IMG/VR virus record: IMGVR_UViG_3300029908_000004
Span: 124,001-188,000 of that record
Length of the DNA stretch: 64,000 nt
Strand: one strand, 5' to 3'
The position numbers and the translations under genes are program-made. Positions 48,119 through 58,201 of the stretch are shown piece after piece. The notes under the pieces were generated by a model. It made no database searches and was not told the DNA's origin. It saw nothing but the letters and a program-made list of their open reading frames with translations. Numbering within the stretch: the first letter of the stretch is position 1; the number at the start of each line of letters is the position of its first letter.

Positions 48119-50560
48119 ATGATCGGATTCTATAAAAGCTATGACGCTATAAATAACACTCTATCTCTTCCTATTGGTGGTGGGATACCAAAGAAGTTCC
48201 TTGTTCCAGAATATGGTTATACCAAGACAACTACTATATATCTTGGTGATACAGATAATGTTACTTGGGTAAGCTCGAATACAACTTCTAGCGGTGGTGT
48301 GGTTACACCCGGATCAAACATAATTATTTATCCATTCGGGCCAAACTTAGCAAACGGGATAATTGTATCTTTGTCTGTTGGTGATAACCCATTCGGTGTG
48401 TCAGGAATGCCAGTAATTCTAAGTTCCAATCACATATCCAGTGGGACTGTTGTACCAGTAAATATACAAGTTACTGTGGCAGCTGGAGCCGAACAAGATT
48501 TTAATAGTTGGGGTATACAGGCGTCATCTCTAATAATGCTTAATGGAACCACATTAGGAGCTAGTCAGACCTCACCCACAGCTCCTTGCTATGTTTTCAG
48601 ATGCGATGCAGGATTATCAATTTCTACTAGGTTGTTGGCAACTAATAGACAGATCCCATCAACTATGCCGGGGTTTATAGTTGGTCAATATAGGTGGAGA
48701 GGTGAAGACACAAGGAATGCAACATCTTTTATTCCAACAAGTTGGGACCAAAACACTTCTGCGATAATGGATGATTTTATAGCTGGAATTGGCTGTAACG
48801 ACGATCTAGAGCCATTAGACCTTATCCAAACTTCAGACGATAACATTCACTTGGAAGTTAATCATGGTTGCTATTTCACTGGCGTTAACGGTTATTATTT
48901 GCCTGCTGAACCAGATTTGAGGTTTTATCCGTCCTATGGTCCAAATCTAACATTTACTTTACCTTATGCCCCAACTCCACAAACACCAATATTTGTTGGG
49001 ACTTGGGCGTTAGATAGACAGAACTTCTATGAAAAGAACTTAGAGTATAGGTATGCTTGTACTCTAGTTAACCCAGACAACACCCCTAGGACGGATCTAC
49101 CAACCCTATACTATACACTAAATAGAAGTACTAATTCTATTACGTTAAATACACCACAACCTACAACACAAACTTTGTTATTGGGGACAATAAGTGGTAA
49201 TCCAGTAGATTATTTCAATATACCAGTATATCCAATATACAACATCTCCTTGGTATATGCTGATCCCGGTGTAGACTCAGTTTCTGGGGAGCCTTTACTC
49301 CCATTATATGCTGATAAATTTGTATTTAATCAATCTTCTGGGACAATAACTATAACTTCTACCACTGGTTCAGGTTCATCTATTAAGAATGCCAACGTTG
49401 GACAAGGTGTATACGCAAAATGTAGCCCTGCTATAGCAGTATCCTATGAAAAGAATACTGGGGTTACTACAACAGAAATTGGTATAGATTTGAATCCAGC
49501 GTTTAGTGGTGTATCCTCTGGATATGTTTATTTACAGCACCGTAGACAACAAGTTGCTTCACTACAGTTAGCTTGTGATAAACCTAGGATAGGAATCCCA
49601 GAGACACTAAGCAGTATTATAGGTCTAATAGCGTATGGTCCTATATATTACGGTTTTGATTACACTTTATTGACAGTTACCGCATATAGCAATGATAATA
49701 TAACACCAGTACCCAACGCAACATTGAACGTTATAGTTGACCCAGATAATTGGAAGGGCACACTTAATTATATAGATCCGACTATCGAACCGGTTACTGT
49801 AGTAACTGGAGCAGATGGCTCAGCCAATCTTATATATACGCCGGCTACTAATCCGGGCATTTGGATACCAAATATAGCTGCTCCAACACCAATTAGTGTT
49901 GGTTCTCTTGGTGGTACGTTTACTATCACTAATACAAATGATACTTTAGTCCTTCCAGAGGTGGTACAGGTGGGACAAGTCTGGAACTCTTTGAACGCTC
50001 CCAACTATTGGACAATAACTACTTATACAGTTTTAGATAATCAGCCTCAATTAGGTATGGTAGGAGCAAATCCTTTATTAGGACAGGTCCCTTGGGCAAC
50101 TACAGGGACTCCCGGTGCAATAGGATACGCTACTAACGGCATGAGAGTGACGTGGTTAGACACAACTACCCATTTCCCATCACCTGATATATCAATACTA
50201 AACCCATTACCTTCTGTACCAACTTATCCTATTAATGTTTATGATATAAACGGGCATAACCAATCTTCTGAAGATTTTAATGGAGAGGTTAAGTACATAC
50301 AATATGCTACATCTTTACCTACTCCAACTGGGTTAGGGGCTTATTTTGTAGTATTTACCCAACGCCCAACCATTCAGCTTCAATTGAGTGGGTCTAATGT
50401 AGTTTCTAATACCATCATGTTACAGTGTGTATGCCAGGACGAATCCAATCAGGTAACTCCTTGGTTGACCCTTAACGACACAATACAAGGTGTCCTTAAT
50501 CAATATCGTTTGGGATGGACCAAAAATGGACCTCCAAATGTTAGATTTCCGGGAGTATAA
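48119..50560 (+). CDS. Putative baseplate/tail structural protein
   Basis: 813 aa, T/P/G-rich, with an Ig-like (invasin-type) segment TLLTVTAYSNDNITPVPNATL...VTGADGSANLIY. Confidence 0.55.
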   Translation: MIGFYKSYDAINNTLSLPIGGGIPKKFLVPEYGYTKTTTIYLGDTDNVTWVSSNTTSSGGVVTPGSNIIIYPFGPNLANGIIVSLSVGDNPFGVSGMPVILSSNHISSGTVVPVNIQVTVAAGAEQDFNSWGIQASSLIMLNGTTLGASQTSPTAPCYVFRCDAGLSISTRLLATNRQIPSTMPGFIVGQYRWRGEDTRNATSFIPTSWDQNTSAIMDDFIAGIGCNDDLEPLDLIQTSDDNIHLEVNHGCYFTGVNGYYLPAEPDLRFYPSYGPNLTFTLPYAPTPQTPIFVGTWALDRQNFYEKNLEYRYACTLVNPDNTPRTDLPTLYYTLNRSTNSITLNTPQPTTQTLLLGTISGNPVDYFNIPVYPIYNISLVYADPGVDSVSGEPLLPLYADKFVFNQSSGTITITSTTGSGSSIKNANVGQGVYAKCSPAIAVSYEKNTGVTTTEIGIDLNPAFSGVSSGYVYLQHRRQQVASLQLACDKPRIGIPETLSSIIGLIAYGPIYYGFDYTLLTVTAYSNDNITPVPNATLNVIVDPDNWKGTLNYIDPTIEPVTVVTGADGSANLIYTPATNPGIWIPNIAAPTPISVGSLGGTFTITNTNDTLVLPEVVQVGQVWNSLNAPNYWTITTYTVLDNQPQLGMVGANPLLGQVPWATTGTPGAIGYATNGMRVTWLDTTTHFPSPDISILNPLPSVPTYPINVYDINGHNQSSEDFNGEVKYIQYATSLPTPTGLGAYFVVFTQRPTIQLQLSGSNVVSNTIMLQCVCQDESNQVTPWLTLNDTIQGVLNQYRLGWTKNGPPNVRFPGV

Positions 50561-50563
50561 TTA

Positions 50564-52282
50564 ATGTCTACTTATGACCCAACTAGATACAGGTCGATAA
50601 CGTTCCAACCAGAATATATTCTAGATGCTAGTGAATTGAATGAATTACAAGTTATAGGGAACAACGCAAATTCTAATGCATTAAGTGCTATATATAAGCA
50701 AGGAGCTTTATTAAATGCTGTCTGTAGTATAAGCGGGTATACCGTAACTTATACTTCTGCTGATGGTGTTAACCCAATGCGTGTATTTGTACGCGATAGG
50801 TTTGAGAATATCAAAACTGTCACGACAGATATAGGTCCAGAATTTCCACCTATTTCATTGAATCTATCTTTATCACAGACGAATATTTATCTAAATTGGG
50901 TAATAGTCTCTGTACCGAATACTCTTGACACTTCCTTAGTATCCCCAGCTGGGGAACTACAGTTATCATTCTCTGCTATTGATACCTCTTCGGCTTCTAT
51001 AGTTGGCACTCAGATAGCAAAGAATACTTCTCCAATTATAGTGGCTACCTTTGCGGCTAATGGTAGTACCTTAGTAAGTGTGCCAGTTGATAATGTCATA
51101 CCACAAGCTCTAGCTTCTAATACCACTTCTGGGCTGGTATCTTTATCTACTTATGAAACTAATGGAGTTGCTGTAGCAAATAGCGACCCACGCAATTCGG
51201 ACGCTCGCGTACCATTACCTCTATCAGTTACTAATTCTACTGTTTACGCTCCTACAGCTTCTAGTGATTCTAATACGGATGGAACAACGGTATACACAGA
51301 TACCCAAGGGGTCAGTGCCACCAAAATTCTACTTCAAGTGGCCACACAATGCCTTGAAGATGGATGGAACTGGCTTAAGAATCAGTTCTTGATCCTACAA
51401 GCGGCTTACGGCGCTCACCAAGGGGCTACCCTTGGTCCAACAAACGTCCATCCTATCCCAACCCCTAGTATGGTTGGGGCGGCACCACTCCAACACGTAG
51501 GAACCCAGTTAGGTCTAGGTACTGACGCTGGTATATACCAATCTCATCAACCATTAGTCACTGCTAGCACTGGAGGGTTCCAATTAGCAAGAGGAACTGC
51601 TGGGGCTGGAGCTCCAGATGACCCAGCATTTGGTGTTCAAAACACCACTGAAAACCTTGTTAGCTTGAATCATGATGGTGATGTGTGGTCTTCTTTGGCT
51701 AATGTAAACGTAGCAACAGCGGCAAATGGAACTGAGGCTCTTACTGTGGTTACATTACCGAGTCAATCCCTTGGTCATATGTCTAGCGTAGCTTCAGTAT
51801 TAGCCACTCATGTAAATCAGATTAGTCACTGTAATCCACACGGGCTGGTAGCTCACGATATAGACGCTCCAAATATAGAACAGATCCCAAGTCTTGTAGA
51901 ACCAATGTTCCCTTGGTTACAGTCTGCTAATGGTTATATAAATATTCCAACATCTACTCCTGGAGTAAATTTGCTTGTTCAGTGGGGCACTGTGACGATT
52001 ACACCCCCTGTGGAGTTCAACATCAACGGTTCTGTGAGTTTCTCTGCACCGAATATTCCTTTTCCCATGGCAAGAGTTTATACAGGAATTCAGCTTGTGA
52101 ATCCTTATCCAACAGGAGTCGGATTCGGTGATCATACAAATGAGGCAACAGGGGCGCTTGCCCCCGATGCCAGTCCTGCAGCTGCTCTTTCTGGGTTTAA
52201 CTACGCATTCAGTTGCAATGGTGGAGAATCTGGTTTTGGTGCATGGCCTCTTACTTTCTTCTGGCTTGCTATAGGTTACTAG
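50564..52282 (+). CDS. Tail fibre/baseplate-attached fibre protein
   Basis: N-terminal YRSITFQPEYILDASELNELQ is a baseplate-attachment-type motif. HxNPH knots and a C-terminal LLVQWG...FWLAIG domain are typical of fibre tips. Confidence 0.65.
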   Translation: MSTYDPTRYRSITFQPEYILDASELNELQVIGNNANSNALSAIYKQGALLNAVCSISGYTVTYTSADGVNPMRVFVRDRFENIKTVTTDIGPEFPPISLNLSLSQTNIYLNWVIVSVPNTLDTSLVSPAGELQLSFSAIDTSSASIVGTQIAKNTSPIIVATFAANGSTLVSVPVDNVIPQALASNTTSGLVSLSTYETNGVAVANSDPRNSDARVPLPLSVTNSTVYAPTASSDSNTDGTTVYTDTQGVSATKILLQVATQCLEDGWNWLKNQFLILQAAYGAHQGATLGPTNVHPIPTPSMVGAAPLQHVGTQLGLGTDAGIYQSHQPLVTASTGGFQLARGTAGAGAPDDPAFGVQNTTENLVSLNHDGDVWSSLANVNVATAANGTEALTVVTLPSQSLGHMSSVASVLATHVNQISHCNPHGLVAHDIDAPNIEQIPSLVEPMFPWLQSANGYINIPTSTPGVNLLVQWGTVTITPPVEFNINGSVSFSAPNIPFPMARVYTGIQLVNPYPTGVGFGDHTNEATGALAPDASPAAALSGFNYAFSCNGGESGFGAWPLTFFWLAIGY

Positions 52283-52289
52283 AAGAGTC

Positions 52290-53966
52290 ATGACAAATAT
52301 ATCAAGACCCCCTGTTCCTCCACGAGCTGTAATGAATGAAGGAATAGTAAATTTCTACTATAGTCAGATACTACCACCTACAAAGTCGGTAGCGATAGCC
52401 TACGTGTCTACGCCTATAAACACACCAGCACAGATTACTAATATAGATAATATTCCTTTATCTTCTACAGCTCCTACGTTAGGGCCGGGCCAATTAGGGG
52501 TGTGGGTGCCGTCTGTACAAGATATTACGGATCCCGTTCCTCATTTCCCGATTACAGCAGGGGCAATAGACTATGGGGTATCTGTAATTATCTCTGATTA
52601 TACTGATTATGTCGTTAAGAATCAATACTTTGAACTGACTACTCAATTTGCTATTAGCACAAATATCGCTGGGACTCCACTTTATTACTTTCACCAGTTG
52701 CCTTCAGGCGTAACTAATGCTACACTATTAGATATCTCTGGTAATATAGTCACTAATCAACCATTCGAGATAGTTGATTCCTGCTTATACCACAGCTGTG
52801 ATGGAAAACCATATAGGATTAGATACGTTAATCCAGCAGGTAACTACGTATCGACTACGTTACTAAAGTATACCCCAGTATTGACACCGGGTAGCGCTAC
52901 ATCAGCTACTCAGTATGATTATAATAATGCTCAAACCATAACAATGTACTTACCGTCTACAGCAGCTATTAGATTCTTACAACCGTCAGGATATCAAGTA
53001 TTTCCTCCCTATAACTCCTCACCAAATACACCTTGGTATTTGAGAATAGGGTATTCGGTGTCAGCTTTCCCTGCTGAGTGGGCAAAGATGCCTTTCCAAC
53101 CATATAAACCATATATGTTGGGAACTTGGGTAAGCGGTAAAGTATTAGATACTACATTAGTTGAGTTCGAGCGCCCGGGGATGAACCCAGATTATTTACC
53201 TGATATATTAGTGTTTAATGCTGATAACTCATTCAAATATGCTTTAGAAGGAATGGCCAGCGCGCAAACTACAGGAACAACAGAGATACAAACTAAAGGA
53301 TCAATGTACAACTGGACTCGTGGTATGCTTTCTGCCTCAACAACAGACTTTTATAAGGCTAGAGTAGACTTGTCTGTAACGTTAGACCCAACTGATATCG
53401 TATTTGGTTTCTATACGTATATGGAACCAAACTACCTAATGATAGATTTGGATGTAAACCCATACACAAATCCATTGGTAAAGAATAATGTAATAAATAT
53501 TTATTATAAGAATGACCCGGCGATACCGACTAAGAATATCTTTTATGCGGTATACCCATTCGATGCTCAAGAAGGCAGCATCCCGTTGTTGACTAACGAC
53601 ACTAACCCGTCAGTCACTGGGACTTTATTTGGAGTAGTTGTTTCTGGAACTGCAGTTGGTATAGATCAGTTCACAGTAGAGGATGTAAGAGTAAGAGGTG
53701 GTGGGTTAGCCATTATACACCAAGATGTACCACAAGCTGTGAACTTCTGGGACTTGGGTTATTGGGACGGGAAGCCATGGCCAATAGGTGGTGTTGTAGT
53801 TCTTTACCTACCGCTATCACCAGATGGAACAGGCGTACAAAGTAATGGAACAGATACTATTTCAGCAGCAGATGTATCAAGTGTGGTATCCTCTATATTA
53901 CCAATGGGAACTATGGCAAGTATAAGGTACTATGACCAAAAGGGTAATGAAACTATATTCCCATAG
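52290..53966 (+). CDS. Putative baseplate/structural protein
   Basis: 558 aa; C-terminal DVRVRGGGL...FWDLGYWDGKPWPIGGVVVLYLP. Confidence 0.55.
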   Translation: MTNISRPPVPPRAVMNEGIVNFYYSQILPPTKSVAIAYVSTPINTPAQITNIDNIPLSSTAPTLGPGQLGVWVPSVQDITDPVPHFPITAGAIDYGVSVIISDYTDYVVKNQYFELTTQFAISTNIAGTPLYYFHQLPSGVTNATLLDISGNIVTNQPFEIVDSCLYHSCDGKPYRIRYVNPAGNYVSTTLLKYTPVLTPGSATSATQYDYNNAQTITMYLPSTAAIRFLQPSGYQVFPPYNSSPNTPWYLRIGYSVSAFPAEWAKMPFQPYKPYMLGTWVSGKVLDTTLVEFERPGMNPDYLPDILVFNADNSFKYALEGMASAQTTGTTEIQTKGSMYNWTRGMLSASTTDFYKARVDLSVTLDPTDIVFGFYTYMEPNYLMIDLDVNPYTNPLVKNNVINIYYKNDPAIPTKNIFYAVYPFDAQEGSIPLLTNDTNPSVTGTLFGVVVSGTAVGIDQFTVEDVRVRGGGLAIIHQDVPQAVNFWDLGYWDGKPWPIGGVVVLYLPLSPDGTGVQSNGTDTISAADVSSVVSSILPMGTMASIRYYDQKGNETIFP

Positions 53967-53974
53967 GCGATAAT

Positions 53975-54526
53975 ATGCTAATAATAACACATGTACCACA
54001 AGTATATATAAATTGGTGGATAAATGGGACTCAAGTAGTGGGGTTTAATTCATCAGGTACAAAAGTATTGACAGGTCTTTCTCTACCAGTAAGCTTTCCT
54101 GGAACAACGACACAAGGAACAGCCATAACAATGACTTCATCTTCCGTTGATTTACATACATTAGAGACTTTTACTAACGTAAGATTTTATTTAGGAGGTG
54201 ACACAGATCAATTAGCATTTATACAAGGACCAAGTAATAACTCGGAGGTTATTCCATGGACAGAAAATATTACATCTCCGGGTGGAGTTCAAATTAGTTT
54301 TGATGGTGGTAAGACTTTCACATTATTTGATCAAACACATGGTTATATCGGGGATCCGTCAACTTGGATAATATTACCAGAGATAGCTGTTGGCACAGGT
54401 GGTGCTGATGGGGTTCTAGGACCTTATGATATGGCTTCTATGATTGTCCAAGTTACCATTCCTGAGTTAGCAGATCAGTTACAAATGATTAGTGTCAACT
54501 TAAATGTTGATTTTGATGTTATATAG
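53975..54526 (+). CDS. Hypothetical structural protein
   Basis: 183 aa, beta-rich. Confidence 0.55.
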   Translation: MLIITHVPQVYINWWINGTQVVGFNSSGTKVLTGLSLPVSFPGTTTQGTAITMTSSSVDLHTLETFTNVRFYLGGDTDQLAFIQGPSNNSEVIPWTENITSPGGVQISFDGGKTFTLFDQTHGYIGDPSTWIILPEIAVGTGGADGVLGPYDMASMIVQVTIPELADQLQMISVNLNVDFDVI

Positions 54527-54534
54527 GAGTAAGA

Positions 54535-54687
54535 ATGGAATCAAAAGAGATTCTGAAGAAATATAAAGATATAGCTGAGGCAGCAAAACTGCTAAGGCAA
54601 GCAGAAAGAGACTATCCTAAGAATAGACCTCAACACTCAGTATATAAAAACCAACTAGATCGGGCTTTAGAGGCACTGGAACTTTAG
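54535..54687 (+). CDS. 50-aa charged helical micro-protein (not in ORF track)
   Basis: AGGAG RBS; MESKEILKKYKDIAEAAKLLRQAERDYPKNRPQHSVYKNQLDRALEALEL* fills the gap before ATG 54689. Confidence 0.6.
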   Translation: MESKEILKKYKDIAEAAKLLRQAERDYPKNRPQHSVYKNQLDRALEALEL

Positions 54688-54688
54688 A

Positions 54689-56722
54689 ATGCAATTATTA
54701 GGGGCATACGAATCACAATTAGCTACTTGGTATTACCAAGGTCTATTGAACTTGCTATCACAAGCGGTTCAAGCAGGCGATTATTCTGGTAATGCAACAT
54801 TTGACACAGCTACTATACAACAATTAATAGCTGAAGCACAGTCGTTTGCAGCATTACCTACAGATTCTGCCGGACAGCGGGTAACTGATGATTACCTAAA
54901 TCGGCCATTACAGCTATTAGCTATTAGATACGCATCCCTAGCACAAGAAGTTTCTTCATTTACAACAACCGCGAATGCACTTATCAGCGTTATCAAGAAG
55001 GATACCTCCCTACTAGACCAATTAATTAGTGCTGGTTCTATTGATGCTTGGTGTAAATCTATGCCACAGCTTGGCGGTGCTCAAACCGCCCAATGGGATT
55101 TCACTATGGGATTAGGGAAGATATCTAATGATATACCATTAAAAGATCCAAATACAGGAATTATATATACCCCCTCTCCAGAGATAAATACATATTTATC
55201 AACATCTACTGGGTTAATAGGTGGTGGATTAATACCGAGCTCCCCAGTCACTAAAATAAGTATAAACGATATGACTTGGGGGTACAACGCTGGAAATGCG
55301 CAGGTAGAACAATTAGATGGGGACGATTGGACAGAGCTATCATTGTTAGAACCATATCCATTGGTTACGTATAATAAAATAAATGCTACTATCCAATTCC
55401 CCATCAATTTGCCCGGTGGTTCAATAAACATTAGTAATTATATACAGCTCTCTGGATCTACTATAGGTGGGATGATCCCTACTTATGTAAGAATATTATT
55501 TACACCTAGACAGGTACAAAGATCTTTTAGCAATGTTGCATCTAGTAGTAGCGTTACATTATCAGCTAATTCTTATCCGTTCTCATTAAATAACGTTAAT
55601 GTTTTCAGTGATACCACTTTCTATTCAGAAGGCACAGATTATACATTACAAGGATGGATTGGTCCATTAGGTGGTGACTCAGAACAGGGAGGGGCAAGTG
55701 TATTGGCAGGAACTTTAACCTCTATAGACTTACCTAGTTCTTTCACGGTAATGTTCACAGAGATGTACCCATCGTATCAATGCTCAGTAAATCAAGTAGA
55801 TTGGAGTGAACCAATCATGCTGGATATTGATAGGCCATATCCTGATACAGAAACTCTATTTCCTCCAATTCCTTGGGGACCCAACTATTCTTTCCCAATA
55901 ACAGATGAAGAGGGGAATGCTACTGGGGTTTATATGTCCCTAGTAAAGCCACTACCCTACGAGCTATATCTACTAGTAAATAATCAAGCGGATACAAATG
56001 TAGGTGCTACAGCTACTTTAACAGTACAATTTGAGCAACCTACTTACATGACTGGTGTACACCTATCAACGTATACTGAGTACCCAACAATATTAACAAA
56101 CGTATCTATAGTAGATTTTGAGAACACAACGACTATATTCCAAGGAAACACTATATTAGATAGAGAATTGACTATAAACTTTCCAAGGCAAATAGTAAAA
56201 CAAGCTATATTAACCTTCTATCAGCAGAATTACACTTTCGAGATTTACTCCGTCAACCCAAATGATCAATTAAGACGTTCTATTATGGCGCAGGTACAAC
56301 CACTTTTACCTTATGCTGTGCAGAGGAGTCTGCCACCGTCTCCTGTACAATATGACGGGGTATTATATGAATTTGGATTTGAAAACATATATGGAGAGGA
56401 TAGAAGCAGTACAGTTCCCACTGTATTCTCTTCTGGTCCTTATAGTTTTAATGGTGCACCTGAAATAATGAGGTTTGATTGTTTAGGTTCAGGAACCTAT
56501 AGTTGTTACTTATATTATAAGGCTTATAATGGTAATGGTGTTATAGTAGATGAAAACTTATCAGGGATACTTATAGCTACTCCTAGTTGTTTCTGTTTTC
56601 CACTAGCATCAACTGTGCCACACGCTGATATTAATAATGTAGATGTATGGATATCTTTTATCCACAGATCTACGGATGCTTTAATACAGAAATTCTTGAT
56701 TCAGGTGACCTCAAATGTTTAA
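54689..56722 (+). CDS. Putative peripheral baseplate protein
   Basis: 677 aa with a helical N-terminus and beta-sandwich C-terminus (TLTVQFEQPTYMTGVHLS, discoidin-like). Confidence 0.55.
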   Translation: MQLLGAYESQLATWYYQGLLNLLSQAVQAGDYSGNATFDTATIQQLIAEAQSFAALPTDSAGQRVTDDYLNRPLQLLAIRYASLAQEVSSFTTTANALISVIKKDTSLLDQLISAGSIDAWCKSMPQLGGAQTAQWDFTMGLGKISNDIPLKDPNTGIIYTPSPEINTYLSTSTGLIGGGLIPSSPVTKISINDMTWGYNAGNAQVEQLDGDDWTELSLLEPYPLVTYNKINATIQFPINLPGGSINISNYIQLSGSTIGGMIPTYVRILFTPRQVQRSFSNVASSSSVTLSANSYPFSLNNVNVFSDTTFYSEGTDYTLQGWIGPLGGDSEQGGASVLAGTLTSIDLPSSFTVMFTEMYPSYQCSVNQVDWSEPIMLDIDRPYPDTETLFPPIPWGPNYSFPITDEEGNATGVYMSLVKPLPYELYLLVNNQADTNVGATATLTVQFEQPTYMTGVHLSTYTEYPTILTNVSIVDFENTTTIFQGNTILDRELTINFPRQIVKQAILTFYQQNYTFEIYSVNPNDQLRRSIMAQVQPLLPYAVQRSLPPSPVQYDGVLYEFGFENIYGEDRSSTVPTVFSSGPYSFNGAPEIMRFDCLGSGTYSCYLYYKAYNGNGVIVDENLSGILIATPSCFCFPLASTVPHADINNVDVWISFIHRSTDALIQKFLIQVTSNV

Positions 56723-58199
56723 TAGCAGCGATTCAACTCAAACACTATTAATGAATAGATTGAATAGGATAGCCCCAATTCTTAGGGCGTTAGATTATTC
56801 GACTAAGGAGGACTATCAAGCAGCAGTTTACAGCTTGGTAAATAATGTCATAGCCCTGGGCAATAATATGCAACCTATAAAAGCTATGACAGCCGGTCCA
56901 GCTATAGTGGGGGATACTTCTACTAATCTCATTCAATTGAATCAAGACGCACAAGATATATTAAGTGAAATACTAGTGGTAGAGAGTGCAGCAGCTAGGG
57001 TATGTAATTTAGCTGCGGCGAGCCAGAATCAATTACGGCAGTTCATTAGAGAAAAGATATATCAGAGTACAACAGTCAAGTATGTAGAAGACTTTGTTAA
57101 TGCTGATAATACAAACACAACGGCTACAACAGCCAATGTAGATTTCTCTGCTGGAGTTGCTACCTTACCAGTTCTGAATACCACTACAATATCTCCAACT
57201 ATAACAATAGGTTCAAATTCTGTTGGAGTATTAGATTCGTCCTCATCATTAACTAATTTGACAGATGGTAAAGTACAAACATCTATGGTTTGGAATGGCA
57301 CAGAATTGGAATTGTTATTAAACTTTCCAAGCTCACAGGTAATAAATAGACTTATATTGACGCTGGATGAATACAATGGAATGAACATAACCACGTTAGC
57401 TACATCTCCAGACGGTACTTTATATGAGGACGTTCTACTAGATATCAATCAAGACTCTATTCTATTAGACGGAATAACGGGAAAGTATTTAGGAGAGCTA
57501 ATATTAGATTTCCCACCAAGACACGCCTCTACATTGCGTATGGTAATAGAGGATACCTCTGGGATGGGGGTTATTGGGTTAAGAAACCTATCGATATACC
57601 AATTACAATATGGTCCTTCTGCAACATTTGTGGGTAATCGCATGCTTGGACCTGTAGGAACTGTAGAATTTACTACGAATCAACTGACGTGGTCCCCGAT
57701 GGTTTCTGTGAGTCATCAAATAAGTTACAATAGTTCTACTTATATCCCAGTTATTCCGGGGGATATTATAACGATTCCAACAGGATACCTATGGTATAGA
57801 GCTATACTAAATAGGAATACACAAGCATTTAATATGTCTGCTCAGACTGTTAATAGCAATGTTCTAGATCCAGCAAGTTCCGCTAATTATACCTTAAGTA
57901 ACACTACGTATATCCCGTTAGGTAACGGAACTAGTCAGAGAGTATTGACGTTTAGTTCTATTGTCGGACCAGTGCCACTCAGAGAGATACCACTACCGAG
58001 CACATTACAAGTCAAAATGGGAAATGTGTATCTAACTACCGTACAGTATAATTTTGCAAATCAAATTCTATCTTTTTCTGGACCACAGACTAATATAGTA
58101 GTTAGCTATGTTACAAGTGCTCTTGGAGCCGCTTCTATCTCTGATCTTCAGAGCTATTATACACCTTTGCTATACGAAGCAAGGTTTGAAAAGGTTTAA
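56715..58199 (+). CDS. Putative peripheral baseplate protein
   Basis: 494 aa; same layout as its neighbours (helical N-terminus, then NLTDG...W...ELLLNFPSSQVINRL discoidin-like). Confidence 0.55.
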   Translation: MFNSSDSTQTLLMNRLNRIAPILRALDYSTKEDYQAAVYSLVNNVIALGNNMQPIKAMTAGPAIVGDTSTNLIQLNQDAQDILSEILVVESAAARVCNLAAASQNQLRQFIREKIYQSTTVKYVEDFVNADNTNTTATTANVDFSAGVATLPVLNTTTISPTITIGSNSVGVLDSSSSLTNLTDGKVQTSMVWNGTELELLLNFPSSQVINRLILTLDEYNGMNITTLATSPDGTLYEDVLLDINQDSILLDGITGKYLGELILDFPPRHASTLRMVIEDTSGMGVIGLRNLSIYQLQYGPSATFVGNRMLGPVGTVEFTTNQLTWSPMVSVSHQISYNSSTYIPVIPGDIITIPTGYLWYRAILNRNTQAFNMSAQTVNSNVLDPASSANYTLSNTTYIPLGNGTSQRVLTFSSIVGPVPLREIPLPSTLQVKMGNVYLTTVQYNFANQILSFSGPQTNIVVSYVTSALGAASISDLQSYYTPLLYEARFEKV

Positions 58200-58201
58200 A
58201 T

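Noticed and set aside
19456-50560. Tailocin/eCIS/T6SS locus
   Set aside because: Portal, protease, capsid and neck genes are contiguous with the tail genes, so this is a complete phage morphogenesis region.
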